A stretch of 64,000 nucleotides of DNA from NCBI GenBank assembly GCA_046292385.1, contig JBKBRF010000004.1, positions 1 through 64,000 on the forward strand, in the 5' to 3' direction. The position numbers and the translations under genes are program-made. A model generated the notes under the pieces. It saw nothing but the letters and a program-made list of their open reading frames with translations. It searched no databases and was not told the DNA's origin. The stretch is from Armatimonadota bacterium. Its GTDB lineage: Bacteria > Armatimonadota > SYMT01. Shown here one piece after another: positions 8,912-18,984 of the stretch (the stretch's first letter is position 1; each line of letters begins with the position of its first letter).

Positions 8912-9263
8912 CCAGCGGCTGTCCTGCCTCGTCCACGGACGTACTGCGCCTGAAATGGCGTGAGTCCGCGGGCTCCCGCGCCCCCTAGCGGCGCCGGGAC
9001 TCGCCTGGGCGCGGCAGGCCACCTTCCTGACGACCGTCTTTCGTCTCGCCCTGTCGCGCGCGCCCCGCGTGCCGGGTCGGGTGGAGACGGGCCGTTCCCT
9101 GGCTTTCCCGGTTGCCCGCTCGCGTGCCGCCGCCGGAACCGCTGCGCGCGGTCCGGTGAACGGTGCGCCGCCGCAGCCGGTCCATCGTGGACTCCCGTCT
9201 CGGGAGCCCACCGGTCTTGCACGGTGACCGGCCGCGCGCCGGCATCACTGGTACTTACCTACT

Positions 9264-9935
9264 ATGCAAAAACTCATTCAGGGATTACACCACTTTCAAT
9301 CCCGGATCTTTACCTCTCAGCGGGAGCTGTTCGAGCGGCTCGCCAAGGGGCAGTCGCCGGAGACGCTGTTCATCACCTGCTCCGACTCCCGGATCAACCC
9401 GAACCTGCTCACCCAGACCGATCCGGGGGAGCTGTTCATCCTCCGGAACGCCGGGAACATCGTCCCGCCGCACGGCGCGGCGAACGGCGGGGAGGCGGCG
9501 ACGATCGAGTTCGCCGTGGCGGCGCTGGGGGTGCGCGACATCATCGTCTGCGGTCATTCCCACTGCGGCGCGATGAAGGGGCTCCTGCATCCGGAGAGCC
9601 TGGAGGAACTGCCGGCGGTGAAGAGCTGGCTCTCCCACGCGGAGGCGACCCGCCGGATCGCAAGGCAGAACTACTCCCACCTGGAGGGGAACGCGCTGCT
9701 CACCGCCACGATCGAGGAGAACGTGCTGATCCAGATCGAGAACCTCCGCACGCTCCCCTCGGTGGCGGCCGGGCTCTCTCGCGGCGAGCTGAACCTGCAC
9801 GCCTGGGTCTACAAGATCGAGACCGGCGAGGTGTTCGCCTACGATCCGGCGCAGGAGCAGTTTCTACCGCTTTCAGCGGAGGTCCAGCGCCTTCCGAGCC
9901 CCCTGAGCAACGGGGCGCGGGTGGCGGCGATCTAG
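9264..9935 (+). CDS. Beta-class carbonic anhydrase
   Basis: Zn motifs CSDSR and [24 protein letters not shown]. Confidence 0.95.
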   Translation: MQKLIQGLHHFQSRIFTSQRELFERLAKGQSPETLFITCSDSRINPNLLTQTDPGELFILRNAGNIVPPHGAANGGEAATIEFAVAALGVRDIIVCGHSHCGAMKGLLHPESLEELPAVKSWLSHAEATRRIARQNYSHLEGNALLTATIEENVLIQIENLRTLPSVAAGLSRGELNLHAWVYKIETGEVFAYDPAQEQFLPLSAEVQRLPSPLSNGARVAAI

Positions 9936-9978
9936 GGACCCGCGCGAGCTTTGTTTTGACTTCGTGGAGAAGCAACTG

Positions 9979-11508
9979 ATGTCACAGAAGCACTCTTCAA
10001 CAGCCACCGACCGGAAAGCGGGACCTTTCTCGGCCCTCGCGGCCGATCTCCCGGCGTCGCTGGTCGTCTTCCTCGTCGCGCTCCCGCTCTCGCTCGGGAT
10101 CGCTCTCGCTTCCGGCGCCCCGCTCATGTCGGGGCTCATCGCCGCGATCATCGGCGGTATCGTGATCGGGATGGCGGGCGGCGCGCCGCTCCAGGTGAGC
10201 GGCCCCGCGGCGGGTCTTACCGTCATCGTCTATGGCTACATCCAGCAATACGGCTGGGGGGTTACCTGCGCCATCACCGTCGGCGCGGGTCTGCTGCAGC
10301 TCGCGCTGGGGGCGGCCGGAGTGGCGCCGCTGGCCCTGGGAATGTCGCCCGCGGTGATCCACGGGATGCTGGCGGCGATCGGGATCCTGATCGCCCTATC
10401 GCAGATCCACGTGGTGCTCGGCGCCGAGCCCGGCGGCAAGGGTCTCAAGAACCTGATGCTCCTGCCGGAGAGCGTCGCCGGCATGGACCTCATGGCGGCG
10501 GTCATCGGTGGTATCGCGATCGCCATCCTGGCGGCGTGGCCGTATCTCCCGGCGCGGCTTCGCGCCATCCCCGGGCCACTGGTGGCGGTCCTGGCCGCCA
10601 CGGCCGTCTCCCTGGCGTTGGGGCTTCAGGTGCCGCGCGTGGAGCTGGGAGGCGACCTGTTCAGCAGCATCTCGCTGCCGGCGCTGCCCACCGGTAACTT
10701 CGCGAGCATTCTGGGGGCGGTCGTGGCGCTCTGCTTCGTGGCGAGTGCGGAGTCGCTCCTGTGTGCGGTGGCGACCGACAAGCTCCACACCGGGCCCCGC
10801 GCCAACCTGCATAAGGAGCTGATGGGCCAGGGCCTCGGTAACACGCTCTCCGGGCTGCTCGGCGGTCTGCCGGTGACCGGCGTCATCGTGCGCAGCAGCG
10901 CCAATATCGGCGCCGGGGGCAAGACCCGGCTCTCTCCGATCCTCCACGGCGTCTGGGTGCTGATCTTCGTGGCGCTCTTCCCGGGCGTCATCACCATGGT
11001 GCCGCTGGCGGCCCTGGCGGGACTGCTGGTCTACACCGGCATCAAGCTGGTGAATCCGCACCATATCCGGGAGCTGCGCCGCCGCGGGGAACTCTGGGTT
11101 TACCTGGTCACGGTGGTCGCCATCGTCAGCACCAACCTGCTGCTCGGTCTCGGAATCGGCTTCGGCGTCGCGCTGGCGCGGCTGCTCTGGAAGCTCACCC
11201 ACGCGGAAGTGCACGTGGCCCAGAACGGTGCTCGCTGGCGCGTGACGGTCGACGGCACCCTCACCTTTACGGCGGTGCCGAAGCTGACCACGCGGCTCGC
11301 CGCGATCCCTGCGGGCGCCGAGGTGGAGATCGACCTGGCGGTCCGGTACCTGGATCACGCCGGTTTCGACGCGCTGAACTCCTGGCGCCAGACCCACGAG
11401 AAGCTAGGCGGAAAGGTGCACCTGGAGCAGCTTGAGGAGATCTGGGAGCGGAGCAACGCTCGCGCCAGGAGGCTGGGCGACCTCCACTCCGCCGAAGTGC
11501 CGGCCTGA
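9979..11508 (+). CDS. SulP/SLC26 family anion (likely bicarbonate) transporter with STAS-like C-terminus
   Basis: VVFLVALPLSLGIALASG, QVSGPAAGL, GLPVTGVIVRSSAN motifs; adjacent to carbonic anhydrase. Confidence 0.92.
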   Translation: MSQKHSSTATDRKAGPFSALAADLPASLVVFLVALPLSLGIALASGAPLMSGLIAAIIGGIVIGMAGGAPLQVSGPAAGLTVIVYGYIQQYGWGVTCAITVGAGLLQLALGAAGVAPLALGMSPAVIHGMLAAIGILIALSQIHVVLGAEPGGKGLKNLMLLPESVAGMDLMAAVIGGIAIAILAAWPYLPARLRAIPGPLVAVLAATAVSLALGLQVPRVELGGDLFSSISLPALPTGNFASILGAVVALCFVASAESLLCAVATDKLHTGPRANLHKELMGQGLGNTLSGLLGGLPVTGVIVRSSANIGAGGKTRLSPILHGVWVLIFVALFPGVITMVPLAALAGLLVYTGIKLVNPHHIRELRRRGELWVYLVTVVAIVSTNLLLGLGIGFGVALARLLWKLTHAEVHVAQNGARWRVTVDGTLTFTAVPKLTTRLAAIPAGAEVEIDLAVRYLDHAGFDALNSWRQTHEKLGGKVHLEQLEEIWERSNARARRLGDLHSAEVPA

Positions 11509-11634
11509 CACCGCCGGCATTCCTGAAACCGGTCAACGGCGACCGGTCTCGGGAGCATTGGGCCGCTCCCGGCCTTCGTCGGGAGCGGCCTCCTACACGA
11601 GGGTGTCGTTAGTATCTCGAAGGAGAGAGCGACG

Positions 11635-12018
11635 TTGGATCGATGGAGTGCGTCCGGGAAGTGTTTCCTGGCAAGCGTGTTCGGAGTCTGTACAGCACTA
11701 CTGGTAACGACTGGACCGGCCCAGGCTGCGCGCCACTCGGCGCCGGAAGGCTGGCGGGTGAGGGTCTCCTCTCACGGAGCCCTGGTCAAGCAGGGCCTCT
11801 ACACCTTTCACGTGAGGGTCAGGGATGAGGCGGGTAAGCCGGTGGAGGATGCAGCGGTGCACCTCCAGCTCCACTCTTTCAAGGAGCCCGGCTACCGGCT
11901 GGTCCGCGCGAAGCATCTGGACGACGGCCTCTACCAGGTGACCGCGCGCATCCATGAGGGCGTGGAGAGCCGGCAGCACGTCCGCGCGGTGGTGGCGCCC
12001 TCCGGGGACCGCCGCTAA
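11635..12018 (+). CDS. Secreted YtkA/FixH-like Ig-fold protein
   Basis: Signal peptide; FHVRVRDEAGKPVEDAAV ... DDGLYQV pattern. Confidence 0.55.
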   Translation: MDRWSASGKCFLASVFGVCTALLVTTGPAQAARHSAPEGWRVRVSSHGALVKQGLYTFHVRVRDEAGKPVEDAAVHLQLHSFKEPGYRLVRAKHLDDGLYQVTARIHEGVESRQHVRAVVAPSGDRR

Positions 12019-12055
12019 TCGATCGCGGACCCGGGCTGCCCCGGGGAGCCTATAG

Positions 12056-12102
12056 AAAGCGGCGGGCGGCCGGATCCCATCCCAGGGATCCGGCCGCCCG
12101 CC
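12056..12102 (-). terminator. Terminator hairpin between convergent genes
   Basis: CGGCGGGCGGCCGGATCCC/GGGATCCGGCCGCCCGCCG stem, followed by CTTTCT on the minus strand. Confidence 0.7.
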
Positions 12103-12127
12103 GGGTGCGGAAGGCATTCGAATGAGA

Positions 12128-13741
12128 TCAGAACCGGGTCAGGACCTCGAACCGGAGCAGGTTTCCGAGCCAGGGCACCTTCCCGTACTCCAGCTCCTCC
12201 CGGCCCAGCTCGTTGATCTCGTAGAAGAGCTTGAGCTGGATGGCGGGGTCGAGCTGGTGAATCCAACCTACCGCGAGGTTGCCCAGGGTCCCGCGATACG
12301 GCACGGAGTCGCCGACGGGGGTGCCGCCGAGACCGAGCGGCGCGAGGACCGTGTCCTCGATGCCGAGCCAGTCGTAGCGGACCACGAACTGGTTCCTGCG
12401 GTCAATCCGCTGGATGCCCTGCAGGATATAGCCGCTGGCGTAGCTCCCGAACGCCTTACCCCACAGGTACTCCGCCCGCAGCTCCGTGCCGTCCCGCGGG
12501 TGCCACTGCACGTCCGCGCCCAGCGTGAGCCGCTTGTTCTGTACCGGATTCTGCGGCGTCGGCGCGTCCGGACGCCACGGCGTCTCTCCCAGGAAGAGCG
12601 CGGTGCGCGTGGAGGTCCCCAGGTAAAACGAGAGGCCGCCGTCGATTTTTCCGTTGAGCTGCGTGGTCCGCACCCGGCCGCCGATGTTCTTGTCGTTGTT
12701 GTTGTCCCGCAGACCGAGCGCCGCGGTGCCGGGACCGATGACGCCGTTGAAGACGCCGAGCTCGTAGAACCAGCGCTTGCCGGTGGCGGAAGCGACGGTG
12801 ATCCCCTGGTCGCGCTCGCTCGGGAAGAAGTAGCGGATCACGCGAGCGCGCTCCGGCGTTTCGCGGGCGCCGGACGACTGCGGGATCTCGAACCCGAACG
12901 GGATCTTCATCTGCCCGAAGTTGACGGTATGGCCCGTCGCGGGGTTGCCGGTGACGAAGTAGCTAAGGAAGGCGTCGCGAGTCTCCACCTCAAGGCTTCC
13001 GCCCTCCAGCTCCCACTTGAAGCCGACCTTCTCCGTGGGGCGGCCGCGGGCGGTAAGCCGCATCCGGCGGACGTCGAAGGTGTTGGCGACCGGGCCGCGG
13101 ATGCCTTCCGGATCCGCCTCGCGGGTCTTCTGGTAGGCGTCGAACCGCGCCTGGACGTAGCCGCTGAAGCGGAGGCGATCGATGCGAGTGATGTCGCGGA
13201 TCGCCTTCTGCAGCGGCCCTTCCGGGTCGCGCACGATCTTCTCCACTTCGCCCAGCCGGCCTTCGAGCGCGGTGAGCTTCTCGTTGAAGTCCTGCAGCTC
13301 CACGCCGATCACGGCCAGCTCCACGGAGTACTCGTCCGCCAGCCGGCGGACCGTGGCGAGGTCCGACTCCTGAAACGCCGCCGTGCGGCCCGCTGCGGCG
13401 GGAAGGGGGCGGCCCAGCGGGAACGGCTCCACGCCCTGGCCCCGGCTGGCGGCGGTGCCGGGAGTCTCGGGGACGAGCGACCGCTCGTCGCCCGGAGAAG
13501 GCAGCTCCATCAGGTTATCGATGACCCGCTTGATCAGGCTCGCCATCTCGATGCGGGTCAGCGTCTTGCCGTCCAGGAACTTGCCGTCCTGGTAGCCATG
13601 GACGAGGCCCCGGTTCGCCAGCGCTTCCACCGCCTGGTAGCTCCAGTCCTGGGAGGTCACCCCCGCCGGCTTCTGGTTCGCCAGAGCTCCCGTCGCAGGC
13701 AGCAGGAGCGTGCCCGCCATCAATAGGTTTGCGATTCGCAT
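12128..13741 (-). CDS. SLH-domain outer-membrane porin, phosphate-selective OprO/OprP-like barrel
   Basis: SLH motif WSYQAVEALANRGLVHGY...LTRIEMA; coiled coil; FSGYVQARF, FDVRRMRL, GQMKIPFG, RDQG; C-terminal Phe; divergent from pstS. Confidence 0.8.
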   Translation of the reverse strand: MRIANLLMAGTLLLPATGALANQKPAGVTSQDWSYQAVEALANRGLVHGYQDGKFLDGKTLTRIEMASLIKRVIDNLMELPSPGDERSLVPETPGTAASRGQGVEPFPLGRPLPAAAGRTAAFQESDLATVRRLADEYSVELAVIGVELQDFNEKLTALEGRLGEVEKIVRDPEGPLQKAIRDITRIDRLRFSGYVQARFDAYQKTREADPEGIRGPVANTFDVRRMRLTARGRPTEKVGFKWELEGGSLEVETRDAFLSYFVTGNPATGHTVNFGQMKIPFGFEIPQSSGARETPERARVIRYFFPSERDQGITVASATGKRWFYELGVFNGVIGPGTAALGLRDNNNDKNIGGRVRTTQLNGKIDGGLSFYLGTSTRTALFLGETPWRPDAPTPQNPVQNKRLTLGADVQWHPRDGTELRAEYLWGKAFGSYASGYILQGIQRIDRRNQFVVRYDWLGIEDTVLAPLGLGGTPVGDSVPYRGTLGNLAVGWIHQLDPAIQLKLFYEINELGREELEYGKVPWLGNLLRFEVLTRF

Positions 13742-13847
13742 TCGTTGTTTCCGGATCGATCCCGGACGGAGGAGTTGTGTGGGCACGATACCGCGCACGC
13801 GCACTGTCCGAGGTCAGTCATTTCACTGGCAAGCATGACGCCGCTTC

Positions 13848-13905
13848 CTTAAGGCCGACTTTGCGCCAGCTTAACGGGAGCTTAATAGCCTAATGCTGCC
13901 TTAAG
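13848..13905. promoter_or_regulatory. Candidate Pho box array (CTTAAn repeats)
   Basis: CTTAAG 13848, CTTAAC 13870, CTTAAT 13881 (22- and 11-bp spacing), CTTAAG 13900, in a GC-rich background. Confidence 0.55.
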
Positions 13906-14160
13906 TGCCGGACGACAGATGGCGCGTGGTGGGGGCGATGCGGCTAAGCAGGAGCAGCTCCGCCTATCTTCCACCCGCTGACCCGTGGCAAAACGGTCAA
14001 CTGCTTGTCACCCGAACATGAGGACGCCCGGCGGTCGGGCGGATTCCGGGCGACGAATCAGTGCCGGACCCACCAGTGCTCACTTCTGGCCAGCCTGGGG
14101 GAAGCGCCTCCGGCCGGGAGAATCCGGCTCCGCACCCGACCAAAGTTAGGGACGCCGGCG

Positions 14161-14180
14161 TTTAACCCGGTTTTAAGGCC
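14161..14180 (+). promoter_or_regulatory. Candidate Pho box upstream of pstS
   Basis: TTTAACC cggt TTTAAGG with TTAA cores 11 bp apart; TGcTAAAGT -10-like element at ~14207-14215. Confidence 0.55.
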
Positions 14181-14278
14181 GAGCGCCGCAGACGGCCCGG
14201 GCCAGGTGCTAAAGTTGGTTGAGAAGGGGCCGGTGGAGCGCATCTCCCCGCCCGACATCCTATCGAGGAGATGACCGC

Positions 14279-15307
14279 ATGAATTGGAAGCTTGGCAGCC
14301 TGACGGCCGCCGCAGCCCTGGTACTGGTAGCCGGATGCTCGCCGTCGGGCTCCGCCGGCGGCGGTAACGACGCCGGCGGCCAGAAGCTGAGCGGGACGAT
14401 CGAAGTGGACGGCTCCAGCACCGTCTATCCGATCACCGAAGCGGTGGCCGAGGAGTTCCAGAGGAAGTATTCCGGCGTGAACGTTACGGTCGGTGTGAGC
14501 GGCACCGGCGGCGGGTTCAAGAAGTTCGCCGCGGGCGAGACCGCGATCTCCAACGCCTCCCGGCCGATCAAGGAGAGCGAGGCCAAGGCTAGCGACTTCA
14601 TCGAGCTGCCGGTGGCGTACGACGCCATCGCCATCGTGGTGAACCCGAAGAACACCTGGGCGCAAGACATCACGCCGGCGGAGCTCAAGAAGCTCTGGGA
14701 GCCGGCGGCGCAGGGGAAGATCACCCGCTGGAATCAGATCCGCGCGAGCTGGCCGGACCGTCCGATCAAGCTTTACGGTCCCGGCTCCGACTCCGGCACC
14801 TTCGACTACTTCACCGACGCGATCGTGGGTGAGGAAGGCGCGAGCCGGGGCGACTACACCGCGAGCGAAGATGATAACGTCTTGGTACAGGGCGTCTCCG
14901 CGGACGAGAACGCGCTGGGCTACTTCGGCCTTGCCTACTACCTCGAGAACGAGGGCAAGGTGAAGGCGGTGCCGGTCGACGACCAGGACCCGTCCAACGG
15001 CGAGGGTGCCCAGGCGCCGACCGCGGAGAACGTGAAGGCGGGAACGTACCAGCCCCTTTCCCGGCCGATCTTCATCTATGTCAGTACCCAGAAGGCCGGC
15101 GCGCCGGAAGTGACCGAGTTCGTCAAGTTCTACCTGGAGCAGGCGCCTGCCCTGGTGGAAGAGGTGGGCTACGTGCCGCTGGAGCCGGAAGTCTACGAGC
15201 TCGCAAAGCAGCGTTTCGAGAGCAAGATCACCGGATCGATGTTCGAGGGCGGCTCGCAGGTTGGGGTGAAGCTGACCGAAGTGATGCAGAGCCAGAAGGC
15301 CGAGTAA
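14279..15307 (+). CDS. pstS: Phosphate ABC transporter substrate-binding lipoprotein
   Basis: GAGGAG RBS; lipobox [35 protein letters not shown]. Confidence 0.95.
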   Translation: MNWKLGSLTAAAALVLVAGCSPSGSAGGGNDAGGQKLSGTIEVDGSSTVYPITEAVAEEFQRKYSGVNVTVGVSGTGGGFKKFAAGETAISNASRPIKESEAKASDFIELPVAYDAIAIVVNPKNTWAQDITPAELKKLWEPAAQGKITRWNQIRASWPDRPIKLYGPGSDSGTFDYFTDAIVGEEGASRGDYTASEDDNVLVQGVSADENALGYFGLAYYLENEGKVKAVPVDDQDPSNGEGAQAPTAENVKAGTYQPLSRPIFIYVSTQKAGAPEVTEFVKFYLEQAPALVEEVGYVPLEPEVYELAKQRFESKITGSMFEGGSQVGVKLTEVMQSQKAE

Positions 15308-15324
15308 GCCTTCCGGAACAGCCA

Positions 15325-16242
15325 GTGCAGCAAGTAGTACCTGATAATCCGCTGACTCGACGGCGCATCCGGTGGGGGGACCTGATCGTTCACGCGATCC
15401 TCCTCGGGTGCGCTGTCGTGTCGGTCCTCACCACCATCGGGATCGTCTTCGTGCTTCTCGGGGAGAGCGTGCTCTTCTTCCGGGAAGTCTCTCCCGTGCG
15501 CTTCCTGACGGAGACCGAGTGGACCCCGCTCTTCTCGGTCCAGCGCTTCGGGATCTGGCCGCTGGTCTGCGGCACCTTCCTGACGTCGGTCGTGGCGCTC
15601 GCTGTCGCGACCCCGCTCGGACTGGTGATCGCGGTCTACCTGGCGGAGTACGCGCCGCGCCGCTTACGGCTGTGGGTGAAGCCGGTGCTGGAGTTCCTGG
15701 CGGGGATTCCCACCGTGGTCTACGGCTACTTCGCGCTCACCTTCGTCACCCCGCTGCTGGCCCGCTTCATCCCGAATCTCGACGCGTTCAACGCGCTCTC
15801 CGCCGGGCTGGTGATGGGCTTTATGATCCTGCCGATGGTCGCCTCGCTGAGTGAGGACGCCATCTACGCGGTGCCGACCAGCCTGCGGGACGCGGCCTAC
15901 GGGCTCGGCTACACGCGGCTGCAGGCGATGTGGAAGATCGTCTTTCCGGCGGCGCTGTCCGGCATCACCGCGGCGATCATCCTGGCGCTGTCCCGCGCGG
16001 TGGGGGAGACGATGATCGTGGCAATCGCCGCCGGGATGCAGCCGACGCTGACGCTCGATCCGACCCGCGCAGTGGAGACGTTGACCGCTTATATCGTCCA
16101 GGTGAGCCTGGGCGACACCCCGCACGGAACCCTGGAGTACCACACCATCTTCGTGGTTGGAGCGACGCTCTTCACCATCACGCTGGTCCTCAACAGCGCC
16201 GCGCTGTGGCTGCGAGAGCGGTACCGGAGTATCTACTCGTGA
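15325..16242 (+). CDS. pstC: Phosphate ABC transporter permease
   Basis: [27 protein letters not shown]. Confidence 0.95.
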   Translation: MQQVVPDNPLTRRRIRWGDLIVHAILLGCAVVSVLTTIGIVFVLLGESVLFFREVSPVRFLTETEWTPLFSVQRFGIWPLVCGTFLTSVVALAVATPLGLVIAVYLAEYAPRRLRLWVKPVLEFLAGIPTVVYGYFALTFVTPLLARFIPNLDAFNALSAGLVMGFMILPMVASLSEDAIYAVPTSLRDAAYGLGYTRLQAMWKIVFPAALSGITAAIILALSRAVGETMIVAIAAGMQPTLTLDPTRAVETLTAYIVQVSLGDTPHGTLEYHTIFVVGATLFTITLVLNSAALWLRERYRSIYS

Positions 16243-17147
16243 GTGTGTCCGCAAGCCCGAAGCCGGGCGAGCAGGGGAAGCTGGCGCTGCTCGCCAGCCG
16301 CCGGAGCGCCCGGTGGTGGAAGGAGTGGGGCTTCCTGGCGCTCTCGCTCTTCTTCGTCAGCCTGGCGCTGGTCGTGTTGACCGCGCTGGTCGTCGACATC
16401 CTGATGGATGGCCTGCAGCGGTTGAGCTGGGACTTCCTGACCACCTTCCCTTCGCGGCGGGCTTCCCAGGCCGGCATCAAGTCCGCTCTAGTCGGCAGCA
16501 TCTACCTGATGCTGCTCACGGGGCTGATCTCCGCGCCACTGGGCGTGGGAGCGGCGATCTACCTGGAGGAGTACGCGCCGGTCAACCGCTGGACGCGGCT
16601 GATCGAGCTGAACATCGCCAACCTGGCCGGGGTGCCGTCGGTGGTCTACGGCCTGCTGGGGCTGGAGATCTTCGTGCGGATGCTGGCGCTGGAGCGCAGC
16701 CTGCTGGCCGGCGCCCTCACGATGTCGCTCTTGATCCTGCCGGTGATCATCATCGCCTCCCGCGAGGCGCTGCGGGCGATCCCGTCTTCGATCCGCTTCG
16801 GCGCGCGGGCGCTCGGCGCCACCCGCTGGCAATCGATCTACCGGCACGTCCTGCCGCTGGCGCTCCCGGGGATCCTGACGGGGGTCATTCTCGGCTTCTC
16901 GCGGGCCATTGGGGAGACGGCGCCGCTGATTACGATCGGCGCGCTCACCTTCATCGCCTTCCTGCCGGAGAACGTCTTCTCCCCGTTCACGGTATTGCCT
17001 ATTCAAGCGTTCAACTGGATCTCCCGGCCCCAGGAAGCTTTCCATCAGAACGCCGCGGCCGCTATCATCGTGCTGCTGGTGCTGCTGGCGATTCTCAACT
17101 CGCTGGCGATCTGGCTGCGCATTCGTTTCCAGAAGCGGCTGGTCTGA
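16239..17147 (+). CDS. pstA: Phosphate ABC transporter permease
   Basis: GTGA overlap with the pstC stop; [27 protein letters not shown]. Confidence 0.93.
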   Translation: MSVSASPKPGEQGKLALLASRRSARWWKEWGFLALSLFFVSLALVVLTALVVDILMDGLQRLSWDFLTTFPSRRASQAGIKSALVGSIYLMLLTGLISAPLGVGAAIYLEEYAPVNRWTRLIELNIANLAGVPSVVYGLLGLEIFVRMLALERSLLAGALTMSLLILPVIIIASREALRAIPSSIRFGARALGATRWQSIYRHVLPLALPGILTGVILGFSRAIGETAPLITIGALTFIAFLPENVFSPFTVLPIQAFNWISRPQEAFHQNAAAAIIVLLVLLAILNSLAIWLRIRFQKRLV

Positions 17148-17191
17148 CCCGTCGCGGAAAGCGGCAGTTCGATGAAAGAAGCGGGTAGAAT

Positions 17192-18064
17192 ATGGCGGAC
17201 GCCATGACGACCAGTAAACGAGGAGCGGAACCTATGCGCGGTCCAGAGCCGGCGCTCGCGCCATCCGGGCCGCCTTCCCATCGGGAGACGCCGTCAGACA
17301 GGCCAGCCGAATCGGTCAAGTTCGCCGTGAGGAACCTGGAGTTCTTCTACGGCTCCCACCGGGCGCTGAAGGGCATCACCGCCGACATCTATTCGAATGA
17401 GATCACCGCTCTCATCGGCCCCTCCGGCTGCGGAAAGTCGACCTTCCTCCGCACGCTCAACCGCATGAACGAGCTGCTGGGGGATACCAGCACCCGCGGG
17501 GAGGTGGTGATCGACGGCGTCAACATTTACGACCGCCGCGTCGACGTGGTGGAGCTGCGCAAGCGGGTCGGCATGGTCTTCCAGAAGCCGAACCCGTTCC
17601 CGATGTCGATCTGGGACAACATCGCAGCCGGTCCGCGGATCCACGGGGTTAAACGGCGGAGCGAGCTCGACACCCTGGTCGAGCGCAGCCTGCGCGGCGC
17701 GGCGCTGTGGGACGAGGTGAAGGACGATCTCAAGAAGAGCGCGCTCTCCCTCTCCGGTGGGCAGCAGCAGCGCCTCTGCATCGCCCGCGCCCTCGCGGTA
17801 GAGCCGGACGTGCTGCTGATGGACGAGCCGTGCTCCGCGCTCGATCCGATCTCCACCTTCCGCATCGAAGAGCTGATGCTGGAGCTGAAGGAGCGCTACA
17901 CCATCATCCTGGTCACGCATAACATGTACCAGGCCTCCCGGGTTTCCCAGCGGACCGGGTTCTTCCTGATGGGGGACCTGGTGGAGATGGGCCCGACGGT
18001 GGAGCTGTTCGAGCGGCCGAACGACCAGCGGACGGACGACTACATCCGCGGCCGGTTCGGTTAA
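17192..18064 (+). CDS. pstB: Phosphate ABC transporter ATP-binding protein
   Basis: [41 protein letters not shown]. Confidence 0.97.
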   Translation: MADAMTTSKRGAEPMRGPEPALAPSGPPSHRETPSDRPAESVKFAVRNLEFFYGSHRALKGITADIYSNEITALIGPSGCGKSTFLRTLNRMNELLGDTSTRGEVVIDGVNIYDRRVDVVELRKRVGMVFQKPNPFPMSIWDNIAAGPRIHGVKRRSELDTLVERSLRGAALWDEVKDDLKKSALSLSGGQQQRLCIARALAVEPDVLLMDEPCSALDPISTFRIEELMLELKERYTIILVTHNMYQASRVSQRTGFFLMGDLVEMGPTVELFERPNDQRTDDYIRGRFG

Positions 18065-18203
18065 CCGCCAACCGGCCTGCGGCTTCGTTGCCGAGCCCTT
18101 CGGGGACCATCGGTTGAAGTCGGGGTCGATTCGGGTAGATAAGGAAGCACCTGGCGGCGCCCGAGGCCTCCGGGCCACGTTCTCTGATCGGCAAGCGATA
18201 ACC

Positions 18204-18920
18204 GTGCCTCACACTCTGCGACAGAGCTTCGAACATCAACTCGTTGAGCTGCAGGACGATATCCTGCGGATGGGCAGCTACGTCGTCCAGATGCTGAACC
18301 TCTCCATGAAGGCGCTGGTTCAGCGGGACCTCAACGCGGCCCAGCACGTCGTGGAGATGGATGACACGGCCGACCAGATGGACCTCTCCATCGAGCAGAA
18401 GTGCATGCGCCTGCTGGCGATGCAGCAGCCGATGTCGCGCGACCTCCGGGTGATCGGCACTGCGCTGAAGATCATCACCGACCTGGAGCGGATCGGCGAC
18501 TTTGCGGTGGACGTGGCGAAGAGCGCCCGGCGGCTGGCGACCGAGCCGTACGTGGAGACGCCGGAAGAGCTGATCCGGATGTCCCGCGCGGTGGAGTGGA
18601 TGGTCCGCGAGTGCATCCACGCCTACGTGGAGCACGATCTCGACCTGGTGCACCAGGTCGTGGTGCGGGATGACGAGGTCGACGACTCCTACGACCTGCT
18701 CTTCACCCAGCTCCTGGAACAGATGGAGCGCAACCCCTCCTGCATCCGGCAGGCCACCTGGCTGCTGCACGTGGCGCGCTTCCTGGAGCGGGTGGCGGAC
18801 CACTCGGTCAACGTGGCGGAGCGGGTCTGCTACGTGGAAACCGGCGAGCTGAAGCAGCTAGCGAAGAGCCACAAGTCCCACCAGCCCAACGGCGATCATT
18901 CCGGGGGAGCGGGAAGGTAG
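18204..18920 (+). CDS. phoU: Phosphate signalling complex protein
   Basis: QQPMSRDLR, DLERIGD, DDEVD, LERVADHSVNVAE; start chosen at GTG 18204. Confidence 0.93.
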   Translation: MPHTLRQSFEHQLVELQDDILRMGSYVVQMLNLSMKALVQRDLNAAQHVVEMDDTADQMDLSIEQKCMRLLAMQQPMSRDLRVIGTALKIITDLERIGDFAVDVAKSARRLATEPYVETPEELIRMSRAVEWMVRECIHAYVEHDLDLVHQVVVRDDEVDDSYDLLFTQLLEQMERNPSCIRQATWLLHVARFLERVADHSVNVAERVCYVETGELKQLAKSHKSHQPNGDHSGGAGR

Positions 18921-18984
18921 CGCGCCGGGCGCCTTCGCCGGAGATCGCGGCGGTACCGGGCAACCGGCACGCGCCCAGCGTGGC

